Shown here piece after piece: positions 13,610-25,980 of a DNA stretch of 64,000 nucleotides; within the stretch, counting starts at the first letter, position 1, and every line of letters begins with the position of its first letter. The stretch is from Tubulanus polymorphus. Taxonomy: Eukaryota > Animalia > Nemertea. The translations under genes were made by a program, and so were the position numbers. The DNA is taken from positions 25,168,345-25,232,344 of the forward strand of contig NC_134028.1 in assembly GCF_964204645.1 (NCBI RefSeq), in the 5' to 3' direction. The notes beneath the pieces are model-generated. The model saw only the letters and a program-made list of their open reading frames with translations, did not search any database and was not told the origin of the DNA.

Positions 13610-16222
13610 CTTCGTAATTCTTAGGAATAGATCTGCAGAAATACAAAAAAAAATCATGTCAACGAAAATGCCAAATTGAAGCGACTAATCATGTCTTAAT
13701 CATGTTAGGTATTCTGTCAAGCAAAGGTAACTAATTCAACTTACCTGCTTAGAATCCTTCTATATAACGCAGGCAACAGCGTACCGGGACCGAACTTTCT
13801 GGGCTTATATACTGATGACACGGTAACAGTGCGGTTTAATATTGATTGATCATGCTCATTACGCGGTTTATACATTGTATCATTGATTTTTCTGTGCAGA
13901 CATGAAATTTGGCCTTTAGATTTAAAAGCATGTTCAATTCTCTCCTTTGTGAACATAACATACAGTTATACTAAAAATATGAGTGTTGTAGAAATATCGC
14001 CGCGGGAGCCACTTTTTGATCGATCAAAATAGCAACTGGAAATGTATCGAATTTTTCTTTTTCTTTTCAAACAACACGACTTTCATTCAGATTCATGCAA
14101 CCCAGATTTTGACCTTATTTGTCTCGTAGTGCATGTAGAATATGTGTCGATAGAACAGTTGCCTTATTTTCTGTTCAGACTTCATAATTGGGTTACGGTC
14201 ACGTCGAGTTTTACGGCGGAAAAAATAAAAACCCGCAGAAACACACCAAACTACACCATGTAGTTCAATATTTGAATCCATACTAATCCACTTATCATCA
14301 CCACTTCATTCATTTTAAAGGTTTGATAATATTCGTAACTGTATAATAAACCGCTCGTCGTGTTTCTGCAGGTTTTCAATAATTAAGACTGCACCAAAAA
14401 GTGTTAAATGACAATTGATATGATGTTTTCAAAGATGACGGGAAAAGTTGTCATTCGTGCTATCTGATATTCATTTCATTTACACTAAAATTAGATCGAT
14501 TAGACGAACGAAACTTATAAAACGAACTGTCGTGAGGTTAAATTAACAATCCAATAAGGTTAGTTTTGGGTCCGGAACCGATGTCCGGACGGCGTGAAAC
14601 GTGCATAACCAAAACAAAGAATTGAGCTTCATCCGTGCATAGTATATAATACGGTGCTGTCACATCACTTTTAGTGACGAATTTATGAACCTCTTTCATT
14701 TGTGTTGGTCACCTGATTGGATGCGGTCTTAGCATTTATGGGGCTTTATCTATTTCTGAAAATAATTAACTGCAAACCGAGCAATACCCTAACTATACCC
14801 CGCATATCGACCAACCAGTCTCGATTAGAAACTTGGCGACGACTTTTTCTAAGAACGAAACCTTCTATCTGCGCCTAGCACTAATCAAATCTTGTCACCA
14901 AATCGTTCGTGTGACCTTTAGAAGGGTGGCGAAATATTTTTTTGTTGGTTGCCGGCGGTTTTTCGATGTTCGTAAAAATCGTTACGGTTTGGTCTTTACC
15001 GCATCAGAAAAACGCCGTAAATCTAATTGATATAATTTGATAAAGAGAGGGATGATTCGTGAGGCAAGGTGGGTTTTTATTGCAACCTTATTTAGTCCTT
15101 TGGTGATCCTGCATTAGCTTTTGGATATTACGTGATATAACCAAATTTAACGATCGTGCGCTTCACTCTTTCCAATAATTTTACTTTCCAATTTGAAATG
15201 GGTGTCCGTGTATTATCTAGTCGTTACATTCTCAAGCTCTCCTTCTGCCTAAAACACTCTCGTTAATTCGAGGCTGAACTCTACCAAAAACCCCATCAGA
15301 CCTGGATCAGACATTTCGTTTTTAACATTCCTGAAGATTAGGATATGTTAATTATCAGCTCACCGAAAGATTACAGGATATTGATAATAATTTTAGCAAT
15401 TTATAAAGCAACTTTCCACGTATGATCACTTGAAAGCGTTTCCTCCTCGAAAAACTTACGAAACGGCCGCGTTTTCTAATTGATTTTAGATCGGTGATTG
15501 CAGTCAGGGATCTAATGTTGGTAGTTCCACAATCTCGGGCCGCATACAGAGACAGATCGATTCGCATACGACGTTCTCGTACGCCTTTCGCGGAGATTGT
15601 GAGGGTTTGTAGATCTCGAAGCTCTAAAGTTCTTTCCGGCATTTTCAACATTCTAAGTGTCAGGTTTTATTTCATTTTACACATATACACCGGTTTCCTC
15701 TAGTCGATCCGAGAACTTTGATATATTCGCACAGGGCGAAAACACGAAAATGTCACGACTGATAAATTCTATCCCAGCGCAACAAATCACCATGAATTGT
15801 CTCCGCGGAGACAGGCAAATGGGATTCAACAACATTTCTTCGTTACACCGGTCTGTCGCCGCCATTTTACGTGTCTCTAGTGGCCTATACGAGGCGATGT
15901 TAAACTACAGTTAAATTACAATTCCACACAACGAATTCATCGTGTCACGTAAACATTATCACTAAAACTTTACACTCCGAAGTTTTATTGTGTTTCTTGA
16001 TAGTTTCGAAAGCCGTTCTGCAAATATGGTCTATTCGTAGGTGACATTAATTCATTTTCTCTGGTAATGAAATCTACTTCAAGTCGTCGTCGAATGTTTA
16101 ACGAACGTTTCTTATACTCCCAATAAGGCGTGAATGTACGGGACCCATTTCAATATATATATATATCTCTTACTCGGTAATTGAGTATCCTCTTCAATTC
16201 TTACAGAAAAGCCCTAATAAAT

Positions 16223-16336
16223 CTGGGGGCAGTTCCACAGTTCTGAGTTAAGATTTGACCCTGGGTTAAAACATTGAAAATTAACCAAGTTTAACTCAGA
16301 GTTAACTCTAACTCGCAACTGTGGAACTGGGTCCTG
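16223..16336. mobile_element. PIF/Harbinger-like MITE, family B
   Basis: CTG|ggggcagttccacagtt...aactgtggaactgggtc|CTG. Related copies at ~24071, ~41208, ~43441, ~46314 and ~61979. Confidence 0.7.
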
Positions 16337-17650
16337 GCTTATTTTATTTAAAAAGGCAAGTCCACTTTGCCTCTGGTAAATCGGAATCTAATTCTACTGA
16401 TAAGACCTATGTTTACAGTTGTTGCCAATCGAATGCATATCTGTTTTATTTGATATATTTCGGGTCCACGTACGAGTTCAGAAACCGTAAAAGTTCATTG
16501 CTTCGAATCAGAAAAATATTGCGATGATCGACGAAACTTATTCTATCGGTTCGCGCGACTGAAGCTTACCGCGGCACGGGAGGAGGCTTTACTCGTTGGG
16601 GTTGATGCAACTGTGGCACGCGAGGGTAATTCTTCTTCTACCTCATCGATCAATCAATCAGCGCTAATAAATTGAACATTCAAATCAGTGTTGAAATTGA
16701 TCAATTTCTAAATCGTCGTCGCGGGTCTCCGTGATTTATTTTAATGGTAGATTCGCACGCCCGGTGTTCGGCTCCACGCGTAGGCGGGTCTTCACCAGTG
16801 AAGCACATCTACGAACCGCACAAATTGATCTAACTTCATCGTCGAATTGTCTTCAGATATATTCAACTCTAACAGAAAAATGTATAATCTTGCTGAATCT
16901 ACCAGTAGAATTCCTTCCTATGTTGAGTATTGCCATTGACCTAGAAATGTATCTTCTCCTATTTCTACGTAAAATATTAGTCTATTCTTTCTTTCTTCGT
17001 TTTACGTCAAGAACTTTACATCTTTGGTTGAATCATTGTGGAATTTCTCTCATATTCATCTTGCACGGATATTGTGCATCTTGTAGACCTCGCCAAGCGC
17101 CACGCTTCCTCTTCTGTTGAATATAGATTAACGCCGATTTGTTTATAGTTTCCGTCGCCGTATCGCGATTGTCACCGTTTTCTTTATGTATATTGTATAA
17201 ACCCGACCTGCGACCGAGAGGACGAACAGTCGTGTAATTTCGTCCGTAGAAACTAATGCATAAAATCATCAGTACATACAGCCGTAGCGGCCGGTATAAA
17301 CGCGCTATAAAATCACTTCCTAGATAAATCGCTGCCTTTACGACGGTGGTCGAGCGAAAGATGATAAGTGGAGATGGGTCTAGTTATAATGACTTGATTG
17401 CCCCGGTGAATAACGAGAGATGGCAAAGGCCGCGCAGACTAGTATCGCCCCCTAGGGAGTGCTGTGTTACCTAGATTCTTAAATTACCGTGTTAGTTCTA
17501 CAGTATGGTGCGGCTTCGATTAGCATAATTGGTTTCGTGTTTAGTCAAGTGGTTAATATTCAACCACCCGTTTTGAACCGAGATTGAATTTCTGATTATA
17601 CCTTTATTGACTATTTGGTAATGTTTCAATCCTAGATGTTTCCAGGCGAA

Positions 17651-17880
17651 CCTCGGTTATCGGAGTTAGTCGGACTATCTAAGTAAGTGATGAAACCGAA
17701 TGTCAGTCAGTCGGAACTTTAGTCCGGAAATTGTCGACCACGGTATTGAGCACGGTCGCTTGGACTTAGTTCCAAGATGGCTAACACTGTGAAATGCGTT
17801 ACGACCGATCTATGCATGTAGTGTGTTTGGTCCCGACCACTAGTCCGACTAACTACGAGCTCTCTGAAGTTGTTGGTCGT
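17651..17880. repeat. Dispersed repeat, family C
   Basis: Its reverse complement matches 40091-40311 and 48144-48298 (tatttccggantatagttccgacta; gataaccgaag; cgactagtggtcgga). Confidence 0.65.
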
Positions 17881-18770
17881 ATTGGTCAGTGGTGTCATCC
17901 ACGCATGCTCCAAAACCAGTTCAACACTTTTTTCGGTTGTAGTTTGATCGTAGCGATGTGACCGAAAAGACTTCAAATCCAATTTGTCCAAGCAAAACTT
18001 ATCGCAACGAAATGATCTTTCGGAAATGGAGACTTAATTTAGGATTAGTTAAGCTCTTACAACGTAAACATGGATTCAGCGCACGTTCTTGCCAGAAAAA
18101 CGAAAAATTTGCGAGTCAAAAATTCGAATTTTTAACGCCAATGGAGGCTGACATTTTTCGTCCCGCAGTTTAGTCGATAAAAATCGCAATGTTATTTTAT
18201 ATCATCGAAGTTTTGTAGGATCATCACATAGAGCTTACTGATCTGCCGGCTATACGATCGCTTATCTGCGCTAACTCATCAGGAAGATGACATTTTTATA
18301 ATTACATTGTTGGCGTCCTGATCTTTTCAATTTTCTTGACGTTATCGGTGAGACGCGGTTAAAATGGCGTCGTTTTCTATCGCTTAGTGAACTAATTACC
18401 GAACTCGGCTTGCAGTTAGATTCTCCTACTAGCATCCCTTATCGCTTAAAACGTCATTTGGCACGTGACCCGTCGTTGCGTTAAACAAACATACGAATCA
18501 AAGCCTCTCTTCATTGGTCGTTGAACTTCAATTTTAAATCTCAAGATTATTTTGTTAAAAAGAAATTGATGGCTTTCGAACCAGGATCAGTGCGTACATG
18601 TAAAGCCGCTGTAAAATGATAATGAAAATCGATTTACCGAACAAAACTCTTACGGAAAAGACAAATGATTTGACGCTTATTTAGAAGGTGTTTCCATCTT
18701 GAGATCTGAATATCATGGATGAAATTATGTATTAGCTCAAATACGTGCTTCTACTGATTGGGGATTAATG

Positions 18771-18960
18771 TGATGATTCCACTTGTGGCAAGCAAGGATC
18801 CGCTTGGTGTCGGTAGTAGTAGTAATTCGGCGTTCCGCGTTCAATTTTTCTTATTCCCATGAATGAATCAACTTTTCTCTCGACTAACCTTATATCAATC
18901 ATCCAAACTATGCCAAACACCGATTAGAAAAGTGAATCTTATATCTTTTAAGTCGCTTGT
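18771..18960. repeat. Dispersed repeat, family D
   Basis: Core gattccacttgtggcaagcnaggat plus downstream atcaactt...aaacaccga, shared with 25670-25980 and 40960-41130 and with inverted fragments at 4160-4240, 34968-35030, 48058-48090 and 48438-48500. Confidence 0.6.
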
Positions 18961-19231
18961 ATGATGATATTTTGATCCAGGAGCCTAACGTCAATTTCAA
19001 AGTTGATTGAAATGAAAATAAACCCGTTTAAAAAAGGAAAAGATTTGACAATGCATTACGAATTACGAATTTACACTACATACTACCATTTCCAATACTG
19101 CGCACATCACGCCATCTACCGGTAGAGCGGTTTGCCATAGGACATACGAATGGCCGCCAAACCATGACATTTGACATGTTCATCTTACAATTAAAGATGA
19201 GACATATCTTAGATTGTAAGCTCTTGACACC

Positions 19232-19462
19232 CAAGCACCATCACCAACACCACTACCATCACCATCACCAGCACCAGAGGCACCAACAGCAGCACAAGTA
19301 GCAGCAGCAGCACAAGCAGCAACAGCAGCAGCACCCACCAGCACCACCAGAGCAGTGGCATCAGCACCAGCACCAGCACCATTACCAGCATCATCCCCGG
19401 CAGCACCAGCACAAGCAGCAACACAAGCAGTGCACCAGCACCAGCAGCACCAGCACCAGCAC
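19232..19462 (+). repeat. Degenerate CAG/CAC trinucleotide-rich simple repeat
   Basis: Runs of cagcac, caccag and caagca. Confidence 0.85.
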
Positions 19463-20232
19463 ATGTCATCCACAATCAGTATCATTTTTCGACAGGTCCG
19501 CGCTGCGGTGGAAAACTGCGCAAGTCAACTAGTTATCAGAATTACATTAGCGGCAACCACGAGATCACAAGTCATTAATCACGTGTTACGGGAAGGGAAA
19601 CAGTATCGCTAGGACTCGGGATTTAAGTATTATCGCCGATACGTTCCTGCTAAATGTTTGCCGTATAACCAGGCGACGGTAGCGTCCAGGAAAATAGCTA
19701 TTATTGTCAATCACGGGGATTAAGTCTGCAAAATGACAGATGTAATCTAAAATGGGGATTTAGGCGCAATACCGAGAGAAAAGAGGCGCGCATATATAAA
19801 ATGAGAAATTACATGTACGCCGGATATATATCTTGAAAATGTATCGTTCGATTTATGTAAATGCGTCCGGAATTTTTCCGCGTGATTAACGACAATATCG
19901 TTGGCTGAACGAATTCGTCGACGACACTGAGCTAGAAAAGAATAATACGAAATCAAATCTATATTCTTTTAATATCGGACCCAAGACAATGAAAATACGC
20001 CGTTCAGGACGGTCGAGACCTGAAAATGTTACTACTTTTCACGGTGTTGGCCGGGTGTGTATAATATGATTCCATTCAAATAAAACCGGAGCTAGAAAAA
20101 GTCGCAGACCAAAATTGAAATATCTATTATCAAAGTAATCAATATACTTTTGACGCCCATGTAATTCTCCGTGTACAGCACCAAAAACGAGCTTGATTGA
20201 AAAGCATCTCGTTGGAGTCATCCTAATGGCAG

Positions 20233-20357
20233 CAAAGGGGCTTGTCGCGATAGCTTGGGGTCCACATTCAGATTCGATACGGTATCCTAGGTACCATCTA
20301 TTAGGACACTATGCCGAATGTATGAATCTGGACCCCAGCTATCGTGACAAGCTCTTG
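20233..20357. mobile_element. Short palindromic MITE-like element
   Basis: gggcttgtcgcgatagcttggggtccacattca is a near reverse complement of tgaatctggaccccagctatcgtgacaagctc. Confidence 0.6.
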
Positions 20358-20470
20358 TGAATTAATCATGGACGGAGTCATAGAAAACAGCGCCATATAT
20401 CAAAGAGGGCGCTAGCTGACGGCTTGGCTGGCCGGTGCGATGCATGCAATCATAACATCTTTAGTCACAC

Positions 20471-20515
20471 CATGGACTCTAAAACGAAGTGAATCCATTC
20501 GTTTTAGAGTCCATG
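20471..20515. mobile_element. 45-bp hairpin element with a 7-bp target-site duplication (P-superfamily-like)
   Basis: Perfect 18-bp TIRs CATGGACTCTAAAACGAA / TTCGTTTTAGAGTCCATG around a 9-nt loop, flanked by GTCACAC at 20464-20470 and 20516-20522. Confidence 0.65.
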
Positions 20516-23500
20516 GTCACACCATGCAGAAATGAAGTAGTGGCGCCGGTGGGTGAGGGTTAGTAAGGCGTATTTTCTAAGCGTCGTTCAACTTTCTCCG
20601 CATCAAAATCCGATTAAATGCACGCAGAAAGTAAGCACGGATAGAGGTTTACTCAACAGCCACTTAAATCAAATCTCCTCGAAGTCCCGGCTCTTTTGTG
20701 ACCGGATTATCTTATTCTATTCAACGGAAATATTGCTCGTCGATAAAAATAATTACAATAAGTTGATTTTGTCCGCGTTCCCGGCACTTCGGTCTTTACG
20801 AACGATGCCGACTTCGTGTGAGCAGTGGACCATCTAGTTTGTACGTCCATAGTGTGAATTAATGATAGAAAATATAGGCCTTTTCGTGTAAATGAAGTGT
20901 TCTAAGTTATTGAAACAATTCATTTTGATCGATCACCCACGCAATTTTATTTGATATGCATTTTTATGCAGAGATAGATTGAAAAATTTAGGAAAAATAT
21001 CGCGTACACAACGTTTGAGGCCGTTGACACAATTGAATATCATATTATGTATGTTACATAATACTATTGATAATTGAATTAAAATTCAGCACAAAACGCT
21101 CATTAGTAAAATAATAAGTCTTTGATTTTTGTTTAGAAGTTGAACACCATTGCTGCTTCTGAAATAAGTAGGTAAACACTGAAACGATTGTCAGACAAGA
21201 ATAAAACATCGTTTGAAATATATATGAAGGATGTATGAAATTCATTTTCTCTCTGGCATTCGACGAGTTTCTGTGACGATGCGATCGCTAGCAATCCCGT
21301 TGCTTCGCGAGGCCCGAACACCTAAGCCCTAATTAATTTTGCGACGAACTTTTTGCCGAAGCTAATCGGTAAAAGAAAACGTTATCAAAACAAAAACTCT
21401 CAGAAAGACTTTGGTTGAAAAAAAGCTCAATTTATAAAACTAACCGGTTGAAGCTTTATTTTGTGAAGTCTGACAGATTGTGTAATGTGAACTATACGCA
21501 ACGCGGCAGAGAGAGTAGGCTGAATTAAGAGATTTCTCAGATGTTCTGAACTGATTCCGTCAGTGAGTGTGATGAGATAACGAGGAGTAGAATTCACCTG
21601 TAACTCTATTCAACAAATACTCTCTTCCTCTTCTTGCGCTATAGTTCACATATTTACCAACATTAACCGCAAACGCAACAAATACACAACTCTACCGCCG
21701 GAGAGTGGTTGACTCCGACTGACTCTCGCCGATCTCTCTATGAGCAACACTGTCATCGTTATACCAATCATAGACGCGTTAATCACCGGATTATTATCTC
21801 CGATCCTCTCAATACTACGGACGAATAATCGACGCCGTTCGCGAATTTCGTGTCCGTGATAACTTCAAAAGCGAGACAGCGTTAACGCGCTGGAGTCACC
21901 GGTAACAGCAGCAGCAACATCACAGCCTCGGACATGCGCACTGAGCGTGTTTGCGGCGGATTTGATTATGTCCGATGATTCCGCGTGCGCGCGAGACGAG
22001 AGTTGCGAGGAACATTATGATCGAACCTCTGCTAAAACTAACATTGTCGTGATCGGATTCTAGTTCGATTCTTTCTTTCGCGTTGTGCGGAGAAACACGA
22101 ATATTACCTCCTTTTTTTAAAAGAAAACCTCGGACGCGACGACGAGTGTGCGTACAACGGATTACAACTCGAATAGCAGATGATACATTATTTCAATATT
22201 ACATATCTGAACGAAAGCGACATTGAAATAATGATCTGAATAATAATATCGTGTATACCGAACAGATCAGTAACCCTTACCGGTAAGTGTTAAATGTAAT
22301 CTTTAGATTTAAACATGTGGACGCGGTATATACAACAATATAGCATGTTTTTCCTTCATTTCAAATCCTGCGTGCGTGTGGGCGAATTGCATTAGTTTTA
22401 CTAAAGGCCCTTAGACTTCATTACCAATTCAACTGTAAGGAATGTTTAGACTATGGTTTGAAGAAATATGGTTCACAGACAAGTTTTATCAATATTGTTT
22501 TATCATAACTATAATGAAACCTTGTAGTCGTTCTGTCAATCAGGGTCTCTGAACTGATAGTTCCATTATAAGTATCGTTGTCACAGTTCGATTTGACTCG
22601 ATATTCAAATTACAGGCATTTTCAATGATTTCGTCCTAAGTCGAACTATACCCGTGTCGATCTGTGTTACAAGAATGTTTTTGGTCGAAATGGTTATCCA
22701 TTAAAAACCGTTAAAATCAGATTTCTTCCGTTAAACATGAATACGATTTATGAGTTAATCGTCTTATTTCGAACCTGGACCATTATGCTAATGATTTCGA
22801 CGTTTCTTACCACTCTTACGGCGAGGAAGAGACGCTAGAGAAGTGACCATTAGGACTTTAAAGGTCCTCGGTTGCCTTTACTGCGGTTTCTAATGCAAAG
22901 ACCGGGGTTATATGGGAGGATGACGCATAGTTATATATTTGACACGGTTTGCAATCTACAAAGCATATCTTTCTTATCGATGCGAACATAACTTTAACAT
23001 GTAATTCAGATGTTGAATTGAGATCTACATCTGACACCCACCCCTTTCACGTGTATAGGCTACTATACTGTAGAGAAGCAGTGCTACTCTACGCGGGGTA
23101 GGGGGAAACGGGTACTATCTTTTGAATATAGTTAATTACCCCCGTTATTGGATACGATATCAGTTCTTAATGAATCTTCGAGAGATAATTTACATATTCT
23201 ACGATCTAATATCAAATTCTGACCGATGGGACGTTTTTGAAATGAGAGGAGATATTCAAATCAGCATGAACATTAACGTGTATGATATTTAGGTATGAAT
23301 TGTCGAAATTGCAAAATGGTTATAAGACTTATAAGATTCGGTTTAGAATGGTTGTATATAAATAACTATAAGGTTAACGGATTTGACTAGTATCGGATGA
23401 TCCAGAAATCGTATGAGGCAAGTCAATATGAAACCTATGTGTGCTAAATGCTAACTAAATGCATTTATTGCTATTAACTCCCCTTGACCACAGTTAGTGG

Positions 23501-24070
23501 AATCGTACCGAGCGGCCCGTTGAACTCCCCGTTATGCAGCTAATAGTCTCAGAGGGATTAACCAGTAAACTAAGCTACAATGGTCGCCGAATCAATCCCT
23601 CTTTAACCGCGTTCAGCAGACCCCCGGGAGTCAGAGTGTCCGGACCTCACGTTTAAACCGGAAACCCGTTGAGTTCCGTCGCGGTTACAGTATATCAAAT
23701 TGATATTAAAGATCGGAGCTCACGCGAACGGTGCAGATATCTCACCTGCGAACACGCGGGGATATTCATAATTCAATATCACAAATAATCGAATTTACAT
23801 CCGGAGAATTTTACGACGGATTCGAACGTTACGTGATGCACCGATTGAACTTAGTATGGTGTTTTATTTACGGTTTGGGTCGGTAAAGTTATACAGTTCA
23901 CTATCCCGTCTGGTTATGTAATTATATACATATATCTGTAAATCAATGACCATTTTGTTTCCTGTTCCGCAGAAATGATTTGAATATTTAATGATTTAAT
24001 CTATCAACGTCACGCGAAACTTCTTTGATCGTTCGAGTATCACGAGTCGTCTGCTATCGCGTCCGAAAAT

Positions 24071-24184
24071 CGGAACCCAGTTCTACAGCTGTGAGTCAGA
24101 TTTAGCTCCGAGTTAAGATTAGTTCATTTTCAATGCGTTAACTCTGATTCAAATCTTAAGTCAGAACTGCGCAACTCGATTCAG
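24071..24184. mobile_element. Family B MITE copy (inverted relative to 16223)
   Basis: cccagttctacagctgtgagt...agttcattttcaatg...aaatcttaagtcagaactg. Confidence 0.6.
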
Positions 24185-24894
24185 GCTTAAAGATATCGGA
24201 TTCGTCTGCGTTATTGGCTTAACCGATAACCGCGAATATCCGGAAAAATGCCGAATATTTCCGAATTCACTCGATGTCTATTATGGATATTTTCTGTTGT
24301 CCTCGGGATTCGCATCCCACATATTTTGGTACACCGATTTGTCATTCATGAACTCGTCGAAATCCAACTATTTCATTTTGTGAGATAGCCTTTTCATCCT
24401 TTTTATTATATCCCATTCATCTACTAAATTCCATCTCGGCAACGGCTAACGCTAGTTCAAAATGGTCACAGACAGTTCAAAGCCTTTTGCAGGCGGAACG
24501 ATAAGGGGGTTTTGAGGCGACGACAGAGTAGATAACGTGAACTCGCGCCTCTAATACCCCTAACACGTAAACTGACTAACTGGCAAACCTCCCGCTGCAT
24601 AGTCGTCTTAAATACCGAACAGATTTCCAAGTAAACATGATATTACACTATTGACCAAATGTAAAAATGAGGATAATTTGGTTTATCGTTGGAATAGGTA
24701 TGTGATCTTGACAAGATAATTACAGCAAGGTTTTTCGTGTTGGAGAAATCCGTTTGTCTGAATTGACAGAAGGCCGTATTTATAGCGTTATGTTGTTATT
24801 CGGATAATCTTTAGTGATTTAAATAGAATTGCAGCTAATCAAAGACCTGTTCACACGCAGTAATACACTTAGAACATCTGCAACTAAACAGTTT

Positions 24895-25310
24895 ACCTCC
24901 CTATTTCTTCCACCGTACCACTATGTTGATCTACTCGCCCCAACCCCTGCCCTTCTCTAGCCGCATTTTCCTTAAGGTCCATGTCCCCTCTCTCCTATCT
25001 CTTTTCTATATCCCCTCTTCTCCCCCTCTCTCTTTATTCATCTCGCCTTGACTACGTAAATTTCTTTTTTCACACCTCGCTTCCTTTTATTGTCTCTTTC
25101 CTGTCCCTCCTTTACCTATATATTACTATTTCCCACCTTCACCCACTCGCTCCAACCCTTACCCCTGCATACTTCTGTATACCTTTACCTCTGTCCTAAC
25201 TCATTTCCTCGTGTCTTCTGTCGCTTTACGTACCCCCATCCCCCGCTTCCACCTCGAATGCACCTCTGTCTATCTCTCCATCATCCCTTAACGCCTTCGA
25301 CAACAGCACC
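24895..25310 (+). repeat. Pyrimidine-rich low-complexity tract
   Basis: About 400 bp dominated by C and T on the plus strand. Confidence 0.75.
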
Positions 25311-25669
25311 ATTTCTTATCATCATCATAATTCAACTTCGACGGAAAACAAATAGATGTGTTCTGCTTGGCTGTTGGAATTGAGATGATTTTAATGACGT
25401 CGGCCTCATCCATCCACCCATAAATCTGTCGGGTGTTCATACACTGGTGATGTATCTCAGTTAGAACCGATAAGAGACAGGTTTCCAGCATATTTCCGCC
25501 TCCGCCTTCAGACATATGGCTTGGTTCAACGTCAATAAGCCTTTTGGCCCGGGATATTTATTTGCTGATTAATTATTTTGAATTAATAAAATTGACAATC
25601 TATGTACAAGGCTATTATAAGATTATACTGTATGATTAAAAGGCTAGACAATATATATAAATTAGGGTA

Positions 25670-25980
25670 CCTCCGAATCTAACATTGTGGTAATCGATGA
25701 TTCCACTTGTTGCACGGGAGAATCCATCGATGGTGCTAGTGTATAGGATATCAAATACTGTGAAGAATCCACTTGTGGCAAGCGAGGATTCACCAGGTGT
25801 GCTAGTAGTTACTCGGTCTCCCGCGCTTCAAATTTCTTTTTAATTTTTTTTTTCAATTAAAACGGGAACATTTCAATAAACAATCAAAACATTTCGATCA
25901 ACTTTCGCTGAATCTTTTTTCTAAATCGATAACCATTGAAAACTACACGAAACATCGAATAGTAATATGGGTTAGGAAAT
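25670..25980. repeat. Dispersed repeat, family D copy with the core motif twice
   Basis: gattccacttgttgcacg and gaatccacttgtggcaagcgaggattc, followed by similarity to 18840-18940. Confidence 0.6.

Noticed and set aside
15355-15651. 98-aa minus-strand ORF ending at a donor-like gtgag
   Set aside because: There is no recognisable homology or partner exon.
19180-19612. Ala/Gly/Val/Gln-rich ORFs on both strands
   Set aside because: They are by-products of a CAG/CAC simple repeat, with no splice context or domain.
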